Of a DNA stretch of 64,000 nucleotides, positions 24,635 to 38,540 are shown piece by piece. The translations under genes and the position numbers were made by a program. This DNA comes from Squalus acanthias. Taxonomy: Eukaryota. The number at the start of each line of letters is the position of its first letter. Position 1 is the stretch's first letter. Below the pieces are notes generated by a model that was not told the origin of the DNA, made no database searches, and worked only from the letters and a program-made list of their open reading frames with translations. The stretch is taken from positions 312,001 to 376,000 of the forward strand of contig JASTWF010000033.1 of the NCBI GenBank assembly GCA_030390025.1, read 5' to 3'.

Positions 24635-25459
24635 GTAATGCTGGCCTTCAACAGCTAAGTGACATTCGAAATTTGGGTTTATATCTAAGAAATAGCAAAG
24701 GTCCAAATGATGAATTAAATGTTTCCATATAAGCGTAATTCTTACCGTGCCCCCAGGATTATATGCGAGTTCATTAGTTGTTCCCATGTGATTAATAGGC
24801 ACATTTAATAAACTCCTGAATATAATGACATAACAGAGGAATGCATGTATAGGAGAATTAATGGGAGATAGAAATATCATATATATATATATATATATAT
24901 TTCAAAAATAGAAATTATTACTTTGCACCTAGATTGTGGGTTTCTGGAAGAACATTATAAAATGGAAGAGCGGGAATAGTGTTGGAAGTCACCATCAGCT
25001 TTGAAAGAGTGAAAGGGGGAACCGCAAACAAAGGATCTGCAGGTAAGCCTGGATCACTGTAAAGAGATGTGGAATACATTGACTACGGAAGGGTCGGAGA
25101 ACATCTCAGTTGGGAAATCGATGGACAAACAATGACATTTATTCAAGAAGGTTATCAGCGAGCACAGAAGTACACAATCCCAGAAATAGAAAGCCTCAAT
25201 CGAGGACTACATTATTGGTGAAAGAGAACATTTCGGGTCAGTTTTAAACCAAAGCGGGAAGGTTGTGTCGAGGCGAAGAGAAAGGCAAGTATGACTGCCG
25301 GGAATATTACAAGAGCAACGAAAACACATCATTAATTATAGAGTGCAAAGTGCGTTTGAAAACAATTACTGGGGATATGAAGGATAATATCAAACGGTTT
25401 ATAGAACATCATAAAACAGAAGAGAATGGTGTAAGTGCAGGTGAGGATATTGCATTGGA

Positions 25460-26420
25460 ACATAGGAACATAGGAAGGTCATTCACCTCCACCAGCCTGG
25501 TCCGCTGCTCAATTAGATCATGGTTGCTCTGTATCTTAACCTAAGATTCACTCCTTGGGTCCATGTCTCTTAATATCCTTACCTAACCAAAATCAATCAA
25601 TCTCAGTTTTGAAATGTTCAATTCATCCCCAGCTTCAGCAGCTTTTTAGGGAAGAAAGTTTCAGATTTTCACTACCCTTTGTGTGAAGAAGTGCTTTCTG
25701 ACATCATCCCTGAACGGACTATTTATATTTTATTCTCATTCACCCTTGATGTGGTATCCCCCGCCTGTAGAAATAGTAGATATTTATCTACTCTTTCAAA
25801 TTTTTTCATCGTCTTAAGCACCACAATTAGATCACCCCTTAATCTTCTATACTCAAGGGAATGCCAGCTTAATCTACACAAACTGCCCTCCTAATTGTAA
25901 CCCTTTTAGCACAGGTGCCATTCTGATGAATCTACTTGGTTCCCCCTCCAAGACCAATATATCCATCCTGAGGTGCGGTGCCCAGAACAGAAGGCAGTGC
26001 TTCAGAATGCAGCCTAACCAGAGCCTTATATATCTACATCACAACTTCCACCTCTTTGTATTCCGGCCCCCTTGAGATCAAACCTAATTCCATTTGCCGT
26101 TTTAATTATTTCTGTACCAGTCCACTAGCTTTTATTGATGACGCACTCGGATCACTGATTCTCTCTGCTCACCAACAGCTGCCAGCATCTCTCCATTCAG
26201 AAACAACTCTGATCCAGCTTCCTTAGCTCCACAATGGAAGACCTCGCACCTCCCACACGGAACTCTGCCTGCCACAGTTTTGCCCACTTATTTAATCTCT
26301 CAATATCCCTTTTGAAACTTTCTGCTCCCATTTACACTATTTACAGTGCCAGCTAACTTACTGTCGTAGCAAACTTGGATATACGGCTCAATAGTTCTTC
26401 ATCTAAGTCGTTGATAAATA
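25460..26420 (-). mobile_element. Degenerate CR1 3' portion (duplicate at ~30080-31040)
   Basis: CR1-type 3' tail CATAGGAACATAGGAA and eroded RT motifs on the minus strand. Confidence 0.7.
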
Positions 26421-26422
26421 TC

Positions 26423-27062
26423 TTCTTCGACAGTCCCTCCGAACCGAGGATGACTTGCTTCCACATTAGAAATGAGTTTCCAGGTGGCTGATGATTCCAA
26501 TGCGGGATCTACAGTCTCTGTCACAGCTGGGGCAGACGGTGGTTGAAGGGGCGAGTGGATGGGGTGCTTGGGTTGACGTGCGCTCCTTGCGCTGTTTGTA
26601 CTTGGCTTCCGCTTGCTCCCGGCGAAGAGACTCGAGGTGTTTGGCGCCTTCCCGGATGCTTCTCCTCCACTTTGTGAGCTCTTGGGCCAGGGATTCCCAG
26701 GTGTTCGTGGGGATGTTGCACTTTTTCAAGGAGGCTTTGAGGGTATCCTTGAAGCGTTTCCTCTGCCCACCTGGAGCGCTCTTGCCATATCGGCGCTCCG
26801 AGTAGAGCGCCTGTATTGGTAATCTGGTATCCGGCATGCGGACGATGTAACCCGTCCACCGGAATTGATCAAGCGTGGTCAAACCTTCGATGCTTGGGAT
26901 GTTGGCCTGAGCGAGAACACTGACGTTGGTGCGGAGGCAACATTGGTCGTACCTCTCCAGTGCTTTGAAGTACTGCTGTACATGATCCCTGTCTCTGATG
27001 CATATATCAGGGCACGTATCCCTGCTGCTCTCTAGACCATGTGCTTAGTGCCGGGTTTGAAC
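26423..27062 (-). mobile_element. RTE-clade LINE 3' fragment (duplicate at 31043-31682)
   Basis: RWTG.IVRMPDTRLP, GGQRKRFKDTLKASLK, C-terminal CPSC..HLETH zinc knuckle, (GAA)n tail. Confidence 0.85.
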
Positions 27063-28095
27063 CCGAACCCTCTCATCCTTAAGGCCTCCCATTGCTCATT
27101 TACGGCTTTACGTGGCAAACTTTCATTCCAATCCAACTGGTCCAGATCCCTTTACAACTAACTGAAACTAGCCATCCTCCAGTTGAATATTTTCACATTT
27201 GATTGTTCCTTCTCCTTTTAGTTAACTAGTTTTAACCTAATAATATTGTCATCTTTGTTTCCTAAATGCTATCCATCTGAATTATACTTCATTCCCCATA
27301 ACCGAATCCAGCACTGCTTCCTTCCTCGTTGGGTTGGAAACATACTGATCTATGAAATTCTCTTGAACGTATTTCAGGAACTTCTCCCCTCTGTGCCCTT
27401 TACACTGTTACTATTCCAGACTTTATTAGGATAATTTAAGCCCCCTGTTATTACTACTCTAAAGTTGTTGCCTGAAAATGCGCTCCTCTCTCTCCTTCCC
27501 ACTATTTGGTGGCCTATAGTGAACACCCAGCAGCGTCATAGCTCCTCTATTGTTTCTTAATTCTAATCAAATAGATTCAGCCTTTGAACCCTCAAGTTCA
27601 TCATCACTATCTAGTGCTGTAACAGTATCTTTGATCAATATTGCCACCCTCCCTTCGTTTGTCCTTCCCTATCTTTTCTCAATGCATAGCAGCCAGCAAT
27701 ATTATGTGGCTACTTGTGCCTCCAGCTCACCAACCTTATTTACCAGCTTACAGGAAATTGCACAAATGCACTCTAAATGTTCCTTGGACTGCTTCTCTTT
27801 TCCACTGTCTGAACCCTCCTACTTCTAAAGTACTCTTTAGTACAAATTTGTTTGGCTCTTCAACTCCTCCGTGCACATTGTAGCTACTCTCTAGAGCTTT
27901 ATCCTGATGCCCCTCCCCTGCCATATAGTGTAAACCCTCCCCTACAGCATTAGTTAACATACTGGAGGCACTTCCTGCACACGTGTTTATCTACGACACA
28001 TCAATCGTCCTGGAGTTCCCACAAGGCACAGTTATTGCAGGCAATGGGTATCAGCTGTCCAAAATGTTTCTTAAAGGTCTATCTACTTATGATAT

Positions 28096-28255
28096 GATGT
28101 GGAGATGCCGGCGGTGGACTGAGGTGGACAAAAATGAGAAGTCGCACAACACCAGGTTATAGTCCAACAGATTTATTTAATTTTACAAGCTTTCGAAAGC
28201 TTGTAAAATTAAATAAATCTGTTGGACTATAACCTGGTGTTGTGCGACTTCTCAT
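28096..28255. mobile_element. Mini Penelope insertion built from inverted 3' termini; includes a 122-bp perfect palindrome at 28134-28255
   Basis: Arms match 23119-23220; flanked by TACTTATGATAT at 28084-28095 and 28255-28266. Confidence 0.85.
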
Positions 28256-28272
28256 ACTTATGATATATATAT

Positions 28273-31200
28273 AAATCCGTGCCCATCTTTCCCGCAAATT
28301 CAGGTTTAAATCCCTCCAATCAGGTTTCTGCCCCTGTCGCAGCACTGAAAGGGCCCGTATCCAAGTCACAAATGACATCCTATGTGACTGTGGCCGTTGT
28401 AAATTATAGCTTTACATCCTCTCGAACTGTCTGCAGACTTTGACACAGTTGACCACAACATCCTCCTCGGACGCCTCTCCTTTGTCCAGATCAGTGGGAC
28501 TGCCCTCGCCTGATCCCATTGTTAAGTACCCGTTGGTAGCCAGAGAATCTCCAGCAATCACTTATTTCTCGGCCGCGCACAATCACCCTTAGAACAGGAG
28601 AGTGTGAGGGGAGCAGACGGCATCGGTTAAGCAGAGACCATGGACACATTTTATGGGCTGACTGTATAGTTTTGCCAGACGGTAATTACAGGAGAATATA
28701 CTGATCTCAATTGTGGCTTTTTGTATATTACACTGGCCTAGGCATATCCGAGTTACTGAGGAGACATCCCTTCTTTTCTCTTCCTCCGATCTGAGGAGTG
28801 CTGGTGGAAGTCCGTGTGTTTGCACCTCTGCTGAGGCAGGACTGAACACTATGGAATAGGCTGTTGATACTCACTGTTACTGCGGATCTACTGAGAATGG
28901 CCACTTGAGAGAGATACTCAAGGCGTTCTTACTGCAGTCAATGGAACTGAATATCAGGCGCTGCGAATAACGGGCAGCCGATCCGATACTGCCAGATTTA
29001 CAACATCGCCCGAGACGAATTTATAGCCCTCGGTTCGTTTTATTACAGCTTCTTTGTATCTAATCTGTTTTCAACACAAACCCATTCATAACAACTATTG
29101 ATTCTAGAAACCCCTCAAATAAGGGAAGATCAGGAAGACCACGAGGTAGACGATGAAATATTAGAAAACTTAGATGAGGATGCCGGCACTGCATCAACAG
29201 TGATCGCTCTCGTGATCCTGTTTATTCTTAGTCTCCTGTACAGCACATTTGTAACCGTCCTTAAGGTAATGCTGGCCTTCAACAGCTAAGTGACATTCGA
29301 AAGTTGGGTTTATATCTAAGAAATAGCAAAGGTGCAAATGATGAATTAAATGTTTCCATATAAGCGTCATTCTTACCGTGCCCCCAGGATTATATGCGAG
29401 TTCATTAGTTGTTCCCATGTGATTAATAGGCACATTTAATAAACTCCTGAATATAATGACGTAACAGAGGAATGCATGTATAGGAGAATTAATGGGACAT
29501 ACAAGAATCAGACATATATATTTCAATAATAGAAAGTATTACTTTGCACCTAGATTGTGTGATTTTGGAAGAACATTATAAAATGGAAGAGCGGGAATAG
29601 TGTTGGAAGTCACCATGATCTTTGAGAGAGTGAAAGGGGGGACTGCAAACAAAGGTTCTGCAGGTAAACCTGCATCACTGTAAAGAGATGTGGAAAAAAT
29701 TGACTACGGAAGGGTCGGAGAACATCTCAGTTGGGAAATCGATCGACAAACAATGACATTTATTCAAGAAGGGTATCAGCGAGCCCAGAAGTACACAATC
29801 CCAGAAATAGAAAGCCTCAATCGAGGACTAAGTTATTGGTGAAAGAGAACATTTCGGGTCAGTATTAAACCAAAGCGGGAAGGTTGTGTCGAGGCGAAGA
29901 GAAAGGCAAGTTTGACAGCTGGTAATATTACAAGAGCAACGAAAACACATCATTAATTATAGAGTGCAAAGTGCGTTTGAAAACAGTTACTGGGGATATT
30001 AAAGATAATATCAAACGGTTTATAGAACATCATAAAGCAGAAGAGAATGGTGTAAGTGCAGGTGAGGATATTGCATTTGAACATAGGAACATAGGAAGGT
30101 CATTCACCTCCACCAGCCTGTTCCGCCGCTCAATTAGATCATGGCTGCTCTGTATCTTAACCTAAGATTCACTCCTTGGGTCCATGTCTCTTAATATCCT
30201 TACCTAACCAAAATCAATCAATCTCAGTTTAGAAATGTTCAATTCACCCCCAGCTTCAGCAGCTTTTTAGTGAAGAAAGTTTCAGATTTTCACTACCATT
30301 TGTGTGAAGAAGTGCTTCCTGACATCATCCCTGAACGGACTATTTATATTTTATCCTCATTCACCCTTGATGTGGTATCCCCCGCCTGTAGAAATAGTAG
30401 ATATTTATCTACTCTTTCAAATTCTTTCATCGTCTTAAGCACCACAATTAGATCACCCCTTAATCTTCTATACTCAAGGGAATGCCAGCTTAATCTACAC
30501 AAACTGCCCTCCTAATTGTAACCCTTTTAGCACAGGTGCCATTCTGGTGAATCTTGTGGTTCCCCCTCCAAGGCCAATATATCCATCCTGAGGTGCGGTG
30601 CCCAGAACTGAAGGCAGTGTTTCAGAATGCAGCCTAACCAGAGCCTTATACTACTACATCACAACTTCCACCTCTTTGTATTCCGGCCCCCTTGAGATCA
30701 AAGCTAATTCCATTTGCCGTTTTAATTATTTCTGTACCAGTCCACTAGCTTTTATTGATGACGCACTTGGATCTCTAATTCTCTCTGCTCATCCACAGCT
30801 GCCAGCATCTCTCCATTCAGAAACAACTCTGATCCAGCTTCCTTAGCTCCACAATGGAAGACCTCGCACCTCCCACATGGAACTCTGCCTGCCACAGTTT
30901 TGCCCACTTATTTAATCTCTCAATATCCCTTTTGAAACTTTCTGCTCCCATTTACACTATTTACAGTGCCAGCTAACATACTGTCGTAGCAAACTTGGAT
31001 ATACGGCTCAATAGTTCTTCATCTAAGTCGTTGATAAATATCTTCTTAGGCAGACCCTCGGAACCGAGGATGACTTGCTTCCACATTAGAAATGAGTTTC
31101 CAGGTGGCTGATGATTCCAATGCGGGACCTACAGTCTCTGTCACAGCTGGGGCAGACGGTGGTTGAAGGGGCGAGTGGATGGGGTGTTTGGGTTGACGTG

Positions 31201-32680
31201 CGCTCCTTGCGCTGTTTGTACTTGGCTTCCGCTTGCTCCCGGTGAAGAGACTCGAGGTGTTTGGCGCCTTCCCGGATGCTTCTCCTCCACTTTGTGAGCT
31301 CTTGGGCCAGGGATTCCCAGGTGTTCGTGGGGATGTTGCACTTTTTCAAGGAGGCTTTGAGGGTATCCTTGAAGCGTTTCCTCTGCCCACCTGGAGCGCT
31401 CTTGCCAAATCGACGCTCCGAGTAGAGCGCCTGTTTTGGGAATCTGGTATCCGGCATGCGGACGATGTGACCCGTCCACCGGAGTTGATCAAGCGTGATC
31501 AAACCTTCGATGCTGGGGATGTTGGCCTGAGCGAGAACACTGACGTTGGTGCGAAGGCAACATTGGTCGTACCTCTCCAGTGCTTTGAGGTACTGCTGTA
31601 CATGATCCCTGTCTCTGATGCATACATCAGGGCACGTATCCCTGCTGCTCTCTAGACCATGTGCTTAGTGCCGGGTTTGATCCCGAACCCTCTCATCCTT
31701 AAGGCCTCCCATTGCTCATTTACGGCTTTACGTGGCAAACTTTCATTCCAATCCAACTGGTCCAGATCCCTTTACAACTAACTGAAACTAGCCATCCTCC
31801 AGTTGAATATTTTCACATTTGATTGTTCCTTCTCCTTTTAGTTAACTAGTTTTAACCTATTAATATTGTCATCTTTGTTTCCTAAATGCTATCCATCTGA
31901 ATTATACTTCATTCCCCATAACTGAATCCAGCACTGCTTCCTTCCTCGTTGGGTTGGAAACATACTGATCTATGAAATTCTCTTGAACGTATTTCAGGAA
32001 TTTCTCCCCTCTGTGCCCTTTACACTGTTACTATTCCAGACTTTATTAGGATAATTTAAGCCCCCTGTTATTACTACTCTAAAGTTGTTGACTGAAAATG
32101 CGCTCCTCTCTCTCCTTCCCACTATTTGGTGGCCTATAGTGAACACCCAGCAGCGTAATAGCTCCTCTATTGTTCCTTAATTCTAATCAAATAGATTCAG
32201 CCTTTGAACCCTCAAGTTTATCATCCCTATCTACTGCTGTAACAGTATCTTTGATCAATATTGCCACCCTCCCTTCGTTTGTCCTTCCCTATCTTTTATC
32301 AATGCATAGCAGCCAGCAATATTATGTGGCTACTTGTGCCATCAGCTAACCAACCTTATTTACCAGCTTACAGGAAATTACACACATGCACTCTAAAAGC
32401 TCCTTGGACAGCTTCTCTTTTCCACTGTCTGAACCCTCCTACTTCTAAAGTACTCTTTATTACAAATTTGTTTGGCTCTTCAACTCCTCCGTGCACATTG
32501 TAGCTACTCTCTAGTGCTTTATCCTGATGCTCCTCCACTGCCATATAGTGTAAACCCTCCCCCACAGCATTAGTTAACATACTGGAGGCACTTCCTGCAC
32601 ACGTGTTTATCTACGACACATCAATCGACCTGGAGTTCCCACAAGGCACAGTTATTGCAGGCAATGGGTATCAGCTGTCC
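28273..32680 (+). repeat. Tandem duplication copy 2 containing TM1
   Basis: Colinear with 23642-28060; bounded by (TA)n on both sides. Confidence 0.97.
29108..29265 (+). CDS. IGH: Immunoglobulin heavy-chain transmembrane exon TM1, copy b
   Basis: Identical to 24477-24634 by eye, with the same splice sites. Confidence 0.88.
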
Positions 32681-32690
32681 CCATTGCCTG

Positions 32691-32726
<36 letters not shown>

Positions 32727-32884
32727 TAATTAATTAGATCTAAGGGTGATAAATTAAAATTAACTAAATAGAGGATACCAAAATTAAATGGATCCTGATT
32801 GCATTATATAAAAATCTGGTAAACAACAATAATAAAATAGTAAATTGGAGTACTAGGCACTAAGCATATATTTTAGTCTCGTAT

Positions 32885-33160
32885 CCCCGTGATCCTATTT
32901 ACTATATGTTATTCTGGTGCCCCCGTACTCCTGTTTACTATGTTTTAATCTAGTACCACCGTACTCCTATTTACAATGTCTTATTCTAGTAACCCCGTAC
33001 TCCTATTTACAATGTCTTATTCTAGTAACCCCGTACTCCTATTTACAATGTCTTATTCTAGTAACCCCGTACTCCTATTTACAATGTCTTATTCTAGTAA
33101 CCCCGTACTCCTATTTACAATGTCTTATTCTAGTAACCCTCGTACTCCTATTTGCTATCT
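32885..33160 (+). repeat. 36-bp minisatellite
   Basis: CCCCGTACTCCTATTTACAATGTCTTATTCTAGTAA, four perfect copies at 32993-33136 plus degenerate flanks. Confidence 0.95.
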
Positions 33161-33635
33161 TATTATTGATGTGCTATTGCCGCTTGGTTCAAAATATCTA
33201 GCACATTTTGCCCCATTACACCGAATTCCCAGTCTCACCAAATTCCCGTCATCCTTCTCTCCCACGTCTGTGTGCACAGCACTGCGCTTTAGCAGCTATC
33301 CCTCGAAGATATACCTTCTGGAAACACACTAGTTACAACTAGTTAGTCAACAGCCAGGCGGAAAAGTTAACACCTAGTAAGGGACCCACTTACCGCTGAC
33401 TGACTGTTAACTGCCACTCACTTGCAGTTTTAAAGTAAATTTTAAAGTAATCAAACTAGAGTAAATTTCAGTTTGCTAACAACGCACTATCTGTACTCAT
33501 CGCACACTACTTGCCAATGCTTTCTGTATTGAGTGAAACTTGGCCACACTCGAGTTTGGGTATATTTTTGGAGTTGCATTTACTTCTATTTTTAATGTAA
33601 TTCCGTTTAGACGATGAACCCAACTCTCACCCAGC

Positions 33636-33900
<265 letters not shown>

Positions 33901-35132
33901 AATTCTCTCTCTCTCCTGCACAAACACATAAAATTATCATGACATTGCACTGGGAGAGTCGACAGCAAGTTTTGTCTTCACGGACAGAGGGCTGGGGATA
34001 ATTAGACTATGGTGTGAGGATGTAATTCAGTTCAATTTCCAAAGTCATACATTCTGCCATTATTTTTCTTTTGCAATTATAAATTCCTAAATCCACATTT
34101 GTAATTTAGTTTGACACTGATCACGCTGCAGTTATACATTCCAGCCAGTAGTAATGCTATGGTGTTTTTTAACATCTCCCCACCTCATCTGATTGTACTA
34201 CAGGGAACCTTCTATGCTCCAAACAAATGCACTTCTCTGCTCCCGAAGTTGCCGTAGGTTTTGCTATTTAGTTATAATATTGCTAATGCAAAATCAAAGT
34301 GTTATCTAAAACCTAGGGCATGATGCATGATATTAAAATGCAAAATTAATACATTTACTCATCATGTGAGATTTATACCTCTAAACACTTCACCAGAATA
34401 CTAAGGAGCAGAGGTGAGTGTATACACGATTACAGATAATATGAACCTACGAGGTACAGGAGACAGAACATTGCAAAAGAAGATCTATGCATTAATCGTG
34501 TGGATAGATGGATGACAGATCCTGTTCAATGCAACAACGTGTGAGGTTGTGCACTTTGCATGTACGCATGGTAAATGGGAATAATGTGGAAATGGCGAAG
34601 TTCTGTGGAGATATACATGAACAAACGATGTCGTTGCCCAGGTCAATAGGTTACTGAATACTAACGTACGATCAAAATATTGGTTTCCGGGTTGCAGATC
34701 AAGAGGTATAGAATAGACAGCAGGTTAAACAGACCGCCAATCGCACCTCATTTGAAATATCATGTTCAGTTTATAGGAAACTTAAAGAGACTATCCTAGG
34801 TTTGCTAAGAGTCCAGCGACAATTTACATGGATGGTCACATTTTTCTGAAAATTGTATAATAATCGCTGTATATATAATCAGGGATAAAAAAAACACCCT
34901 TCCCTTGTAATTGATACACTCGCGGAGACACGCGACTAGTTAGGCTACCTGTCTTTAGGGGTGAGGCCATTCATTTCTGGAGGATAACTGTTCAAACCCA
35001 GAAACCTCCTCACATTTCAGAACAATAATCCATCATTCAGTGTTTTATTGCACGTTGTTAACTATTCAGTCTGGGCATCATCTGTCTCACTCTGTTTCTC
35101 ACTAGGTTATCATTCTATTGTTTCCACTGCAG

Positions 35133-35141
35133 GTGAACTAG
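35133..35141 (+). CDS. IGH: Candidate Ig heavy-chain TM2 exon coding part (V-N-stop; tail K-V-N)
   Basis: Strong acceptor TTCTATTGTTTCCACTGCAG|GTG AAC TAG; phase 0 matches the TM1 donor; analogous to the canonical VK-stop TM2. Confidence 0.75.
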   Translation: MN

Positions 35142-35229
35142 CGCACGCTTGGCCAGAATGCACTTCCGCATTAAACTTAGGGTTATTACGGGAAACTCCG
35201 TCGGAAGCTGACAACAGACGGGTCTTAGA

Positions 35230-37717
35230 AACGTAGAAAAAAAACATCGCAAAATAGGGGAAGTAGTAGGCTATTCGGCCCTTCGAACCTGCTCCGCCAT
35301 TCAATATGATCATGGCTGATACTCTATCTCAATACCATATTCCTGCTCTCTCCCCATACCCCTGGGTGCCTTTGTGTCTCGAAATCTATCTTTCCCCTTC
35401 TTAAATATATTCAGTGACTTGGCCTCCCCAGCCTTCTGTGGTAGAGAATTCCACAGGTTCACCACCCTCTGAGTGAAGATATTTCTCCTCATCCCAGTCC
35501 TAAATGCCCTGCCCCGCATCCTGAGACTGTGATCCCTCGTTCTAGACTCCCCAGCCAGGGGAACATCATCCCTGCATCCAGCCTGTCTAGCCCTGTCAGA
35601 ACTTTATACGATTCAATGAGATCCCCTCTCATTCTTCTAAACTCTAGTGAATACAGGCCTAGTCGACCCAATCTCTCCTCATACGACAGTTCTGCCCTCC
35701 CAGGAATCAGTCTGGTGAACCTTCGTTGCCCTCCCTCGATGGCAAGTATATCCTTTCTGAGGTAAGTAGACCAAAACAGCACACAGAACTCCAGGTGCGG
35801 TCTCACCAAGGCCCTGTATAACTGTAGTAAGACATCCTTTCTCCGGTACTCAAATCCTCTTGCAATGAAGGCCAACATTCCATTTGCCTTCCTAACTGCT
35901 TGCTGCACCAGCATGTTTGCTTTCAGTGACAGGTGTACAAGGACACCCAGGTCCCTTTGTACATCAGCATTTCCCAATCTATCACCATTTAAAAAATACT
36001 CTGTCTTTCTGTTTTTTTCTACCGACGTGTATAACTTCTCATTGATCCACGTAAAACTGCATCTGCCATGTATTTGCCCACTCACTCAAATTGCCTAAAT
36101 CGCCTTGAAGCCTCTTTGCATCATCCTCACCACTCACAATCCCACCTAGTTTCATGTCGTCAGCAAACTTGGAAATATTACATTTGGCTCCCTCATCCAA
36201 ATCATTGATATATATTGTGAATAGCTGGGACCCAAGCACTGATCCCTGCGGTACCCCACTAGTCACCACCTGCCACCCCGAAAAAATACCCTTTTATTCC
36301 TACTCGCTGTTTCCTGTCTGGTAACCAATTTTCAATCCATGCCAGTATATTACCCCCAATCCCATGTGCTTTAATTTTCCACACTATTCTTTTATTTGGG
36401 ACTGTATCAAAGGCCTTCTGAAATTCCAAATACACCACATCCACTGGTTCTCCCTTATCTATTCTACCAGTTACATCCTCAAAAAACTCCAGTTGGTTTG
36501 TCAAACACAATTTCCCTTTAATAAATCCATGTTGACTTTGTCTAGTCCCGTTGATATTTTCTAAGTGTCCTGTTATCACATCCTTTATAATAGACTCTAG
36601 CATTTTCCCTACTACTGATGTTAGGCTAACCGATCTGTAGTTCCCTGTTTTCTCTCTCCCTCCTTTTTTTAATAGTGGGGTTACATTTGACATCCTCCAA
36701 TCTATAGGAACTGTTCCGTAATCTATAGAATTTTGGAGGATGACAACCAGTGCATCCACTATTTCCATTGCTAGCTCTTTCAGTATTCTAGCATGCAGAT
36801 TATCATGCCCTGGGGATTTATCGGCTTTCAGTCCCATGAATTTCTCCAGCACAATTTTTTTACTAATACTAATTTCCTTTAATTCCTCCTTCTCACTAGA
36901 CCCTTGGTTCCCTATCATTTCTGGGAAGTTGTTTGTGTCCTCTTCCGTGAGGACAGAACCAAAGTATTTGTTTAATTGTTCTGCCATTTCCTTGTTCCCC
37001 ATTATAAATTATCCCGTTTCTGACTGCAAGGGACCTGCATTTGTCTTCACTACTCTTTTTCTTTTTGCATACTTGTAGAAGCTTTTACAGTCTGCTTTTA
37101 TGTTCCTTGTAAGTTAATCTCATACTCTATTTTTCCCCTCTTAATCAATCTCTTGGTACTTTTTTGCTGAATTCTAAACTGCTCCCAATCCTCAGGCTTG
37201 CTGCTTTTTCTGGGAACTTTCTATAACTCCTCTTTCGATCTAATGCTATCCTTAATTTCGTTTGTTAGCCATGGTTGGGCCGCTTTTTCTTTTGTGTTTT
37301 TGCGTCAGAAAGGAATGTATAACTTTACCAATTCATGCATTCGTTCCTTAAATGTTTGTCATTGCCTATCCACCATCCTGCCTTTTAATGAAGCTCCCCA
37401 ATCTATCATAGCCAACTCACTCCTCATACTATCGTAGTTTCCTTTGTTTAGATTTAGGACCCAATTTCTGATTGGACTTCTTCACTTTCCATCTTAATGA
37501 AGAATTGTATCATGTTATGGTCACTCTTCCCTAAAGGACCCCGCACAACAAGATTATTAATTAGCCCCTTCTCATTGCACAATACCCAATCTATTATAGC
37601 CTGGTCCCTAGCTGGCTCCTCGACGTACTGGTCTAAAAAAACATCTCCTACACACTCCAGCAATACATCCGCCACAGTATTATTGCTAATTTGGTTTGGC
37701 CAGTCTATATGTAGATT
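35230..37717 (-). mobile_element. 5'-truncated CR1 LINE with frameshifted ORF2
   Basis: ORFs 37454-37675, 36259-37002, 36039-36269 (KFADD), 35489-36085 and 35310-35519 are colinear with the intact ORF2. Confidence 0.95.
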
Positions 37718-38269
37718 GTCTCACTCGCTTATCGTTATTGGCTGGTGCACGGCACCACTTCATCTCGTATTCCTATATAGTCTCACCCAAAGCATAAAAA
37801 CTGTTTGTTTCCTGTTCTTTCTTTAGCTAATTTCTTATTTTGCTTCATTAAGTTTCATTGTTCAAGAGAATTGTGCGTATCTGTAGCAAAATAGTGAGCT
37901 AGAAATTCCCGTAAAATCAATGAAAATAAACTGAGGAGAAATAATGGAATGTCCAGGAGGGAAAGGTTGGAATTTACTGCAACTGGAGCGAAATTCTATG
38001 AATCGATGTAATATTGCATTTAAATGCCGCACCTTGAATAAAGGCTCGATTTATCAAGACATTAATGGGTGGCGCCCTCTCCTAATAGTCAATAGCCCAG
38101 AACCAGGTCACCTTCCGAATTACTAAGCATTTGTTTTAGCACCTTTTACTAAAATATCTCTTTCATTTTCCTAATGCTTTTTGATTGATCTGTCAACCAA
38201 TTAGCAAAGATGGTTTAACCTTTTTCAGTTTAGCTTATTAGCTTATTGTTCGCCTCCTTGCCTTTGGGC

Positions 38270-38540
38270 CAATCAGGCGGTGGGTTCAAGTGCCACTCCA
38301 GCACCACATCCCAGAATATAGTTTGATACTCCCAATGCAGCACTGGGGGAGTACTGCATTACCACACATGCCCCATCAATCAGCTGAATCGATAGAACCA
38401 GGCCGTGTCTGTCAGTGCAGAGCTGTGGACTTATACAATGGCCAACATTCTCACTTTCAAGAAAATAACAAATACAAACCATCATTTTAACTTGTCTTTC
38501 ATCACATTTGGGGGATCTTACTGTGTATGAATTAGATACA
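38270..38540 (+). mobile_element. Degenerate tRNA-derived SINE (SacSINE1/DeuSINE-like 5' part)
   Basis: B-box-like GGGTTCAAGTGCCACTCCAG followed by an eroded body similar to 46550-46880. Confidence 0.5.

Larger units (their letters stand above)
23642..28060 (+). repeat. Tandem duplication copy 1 (~4.4 kb) containing TM1
   Basis: Colinear with 28273-32680 (offset 4631 at start, 4620 at end), with only scattered substitutions. Confidence 0.97.
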
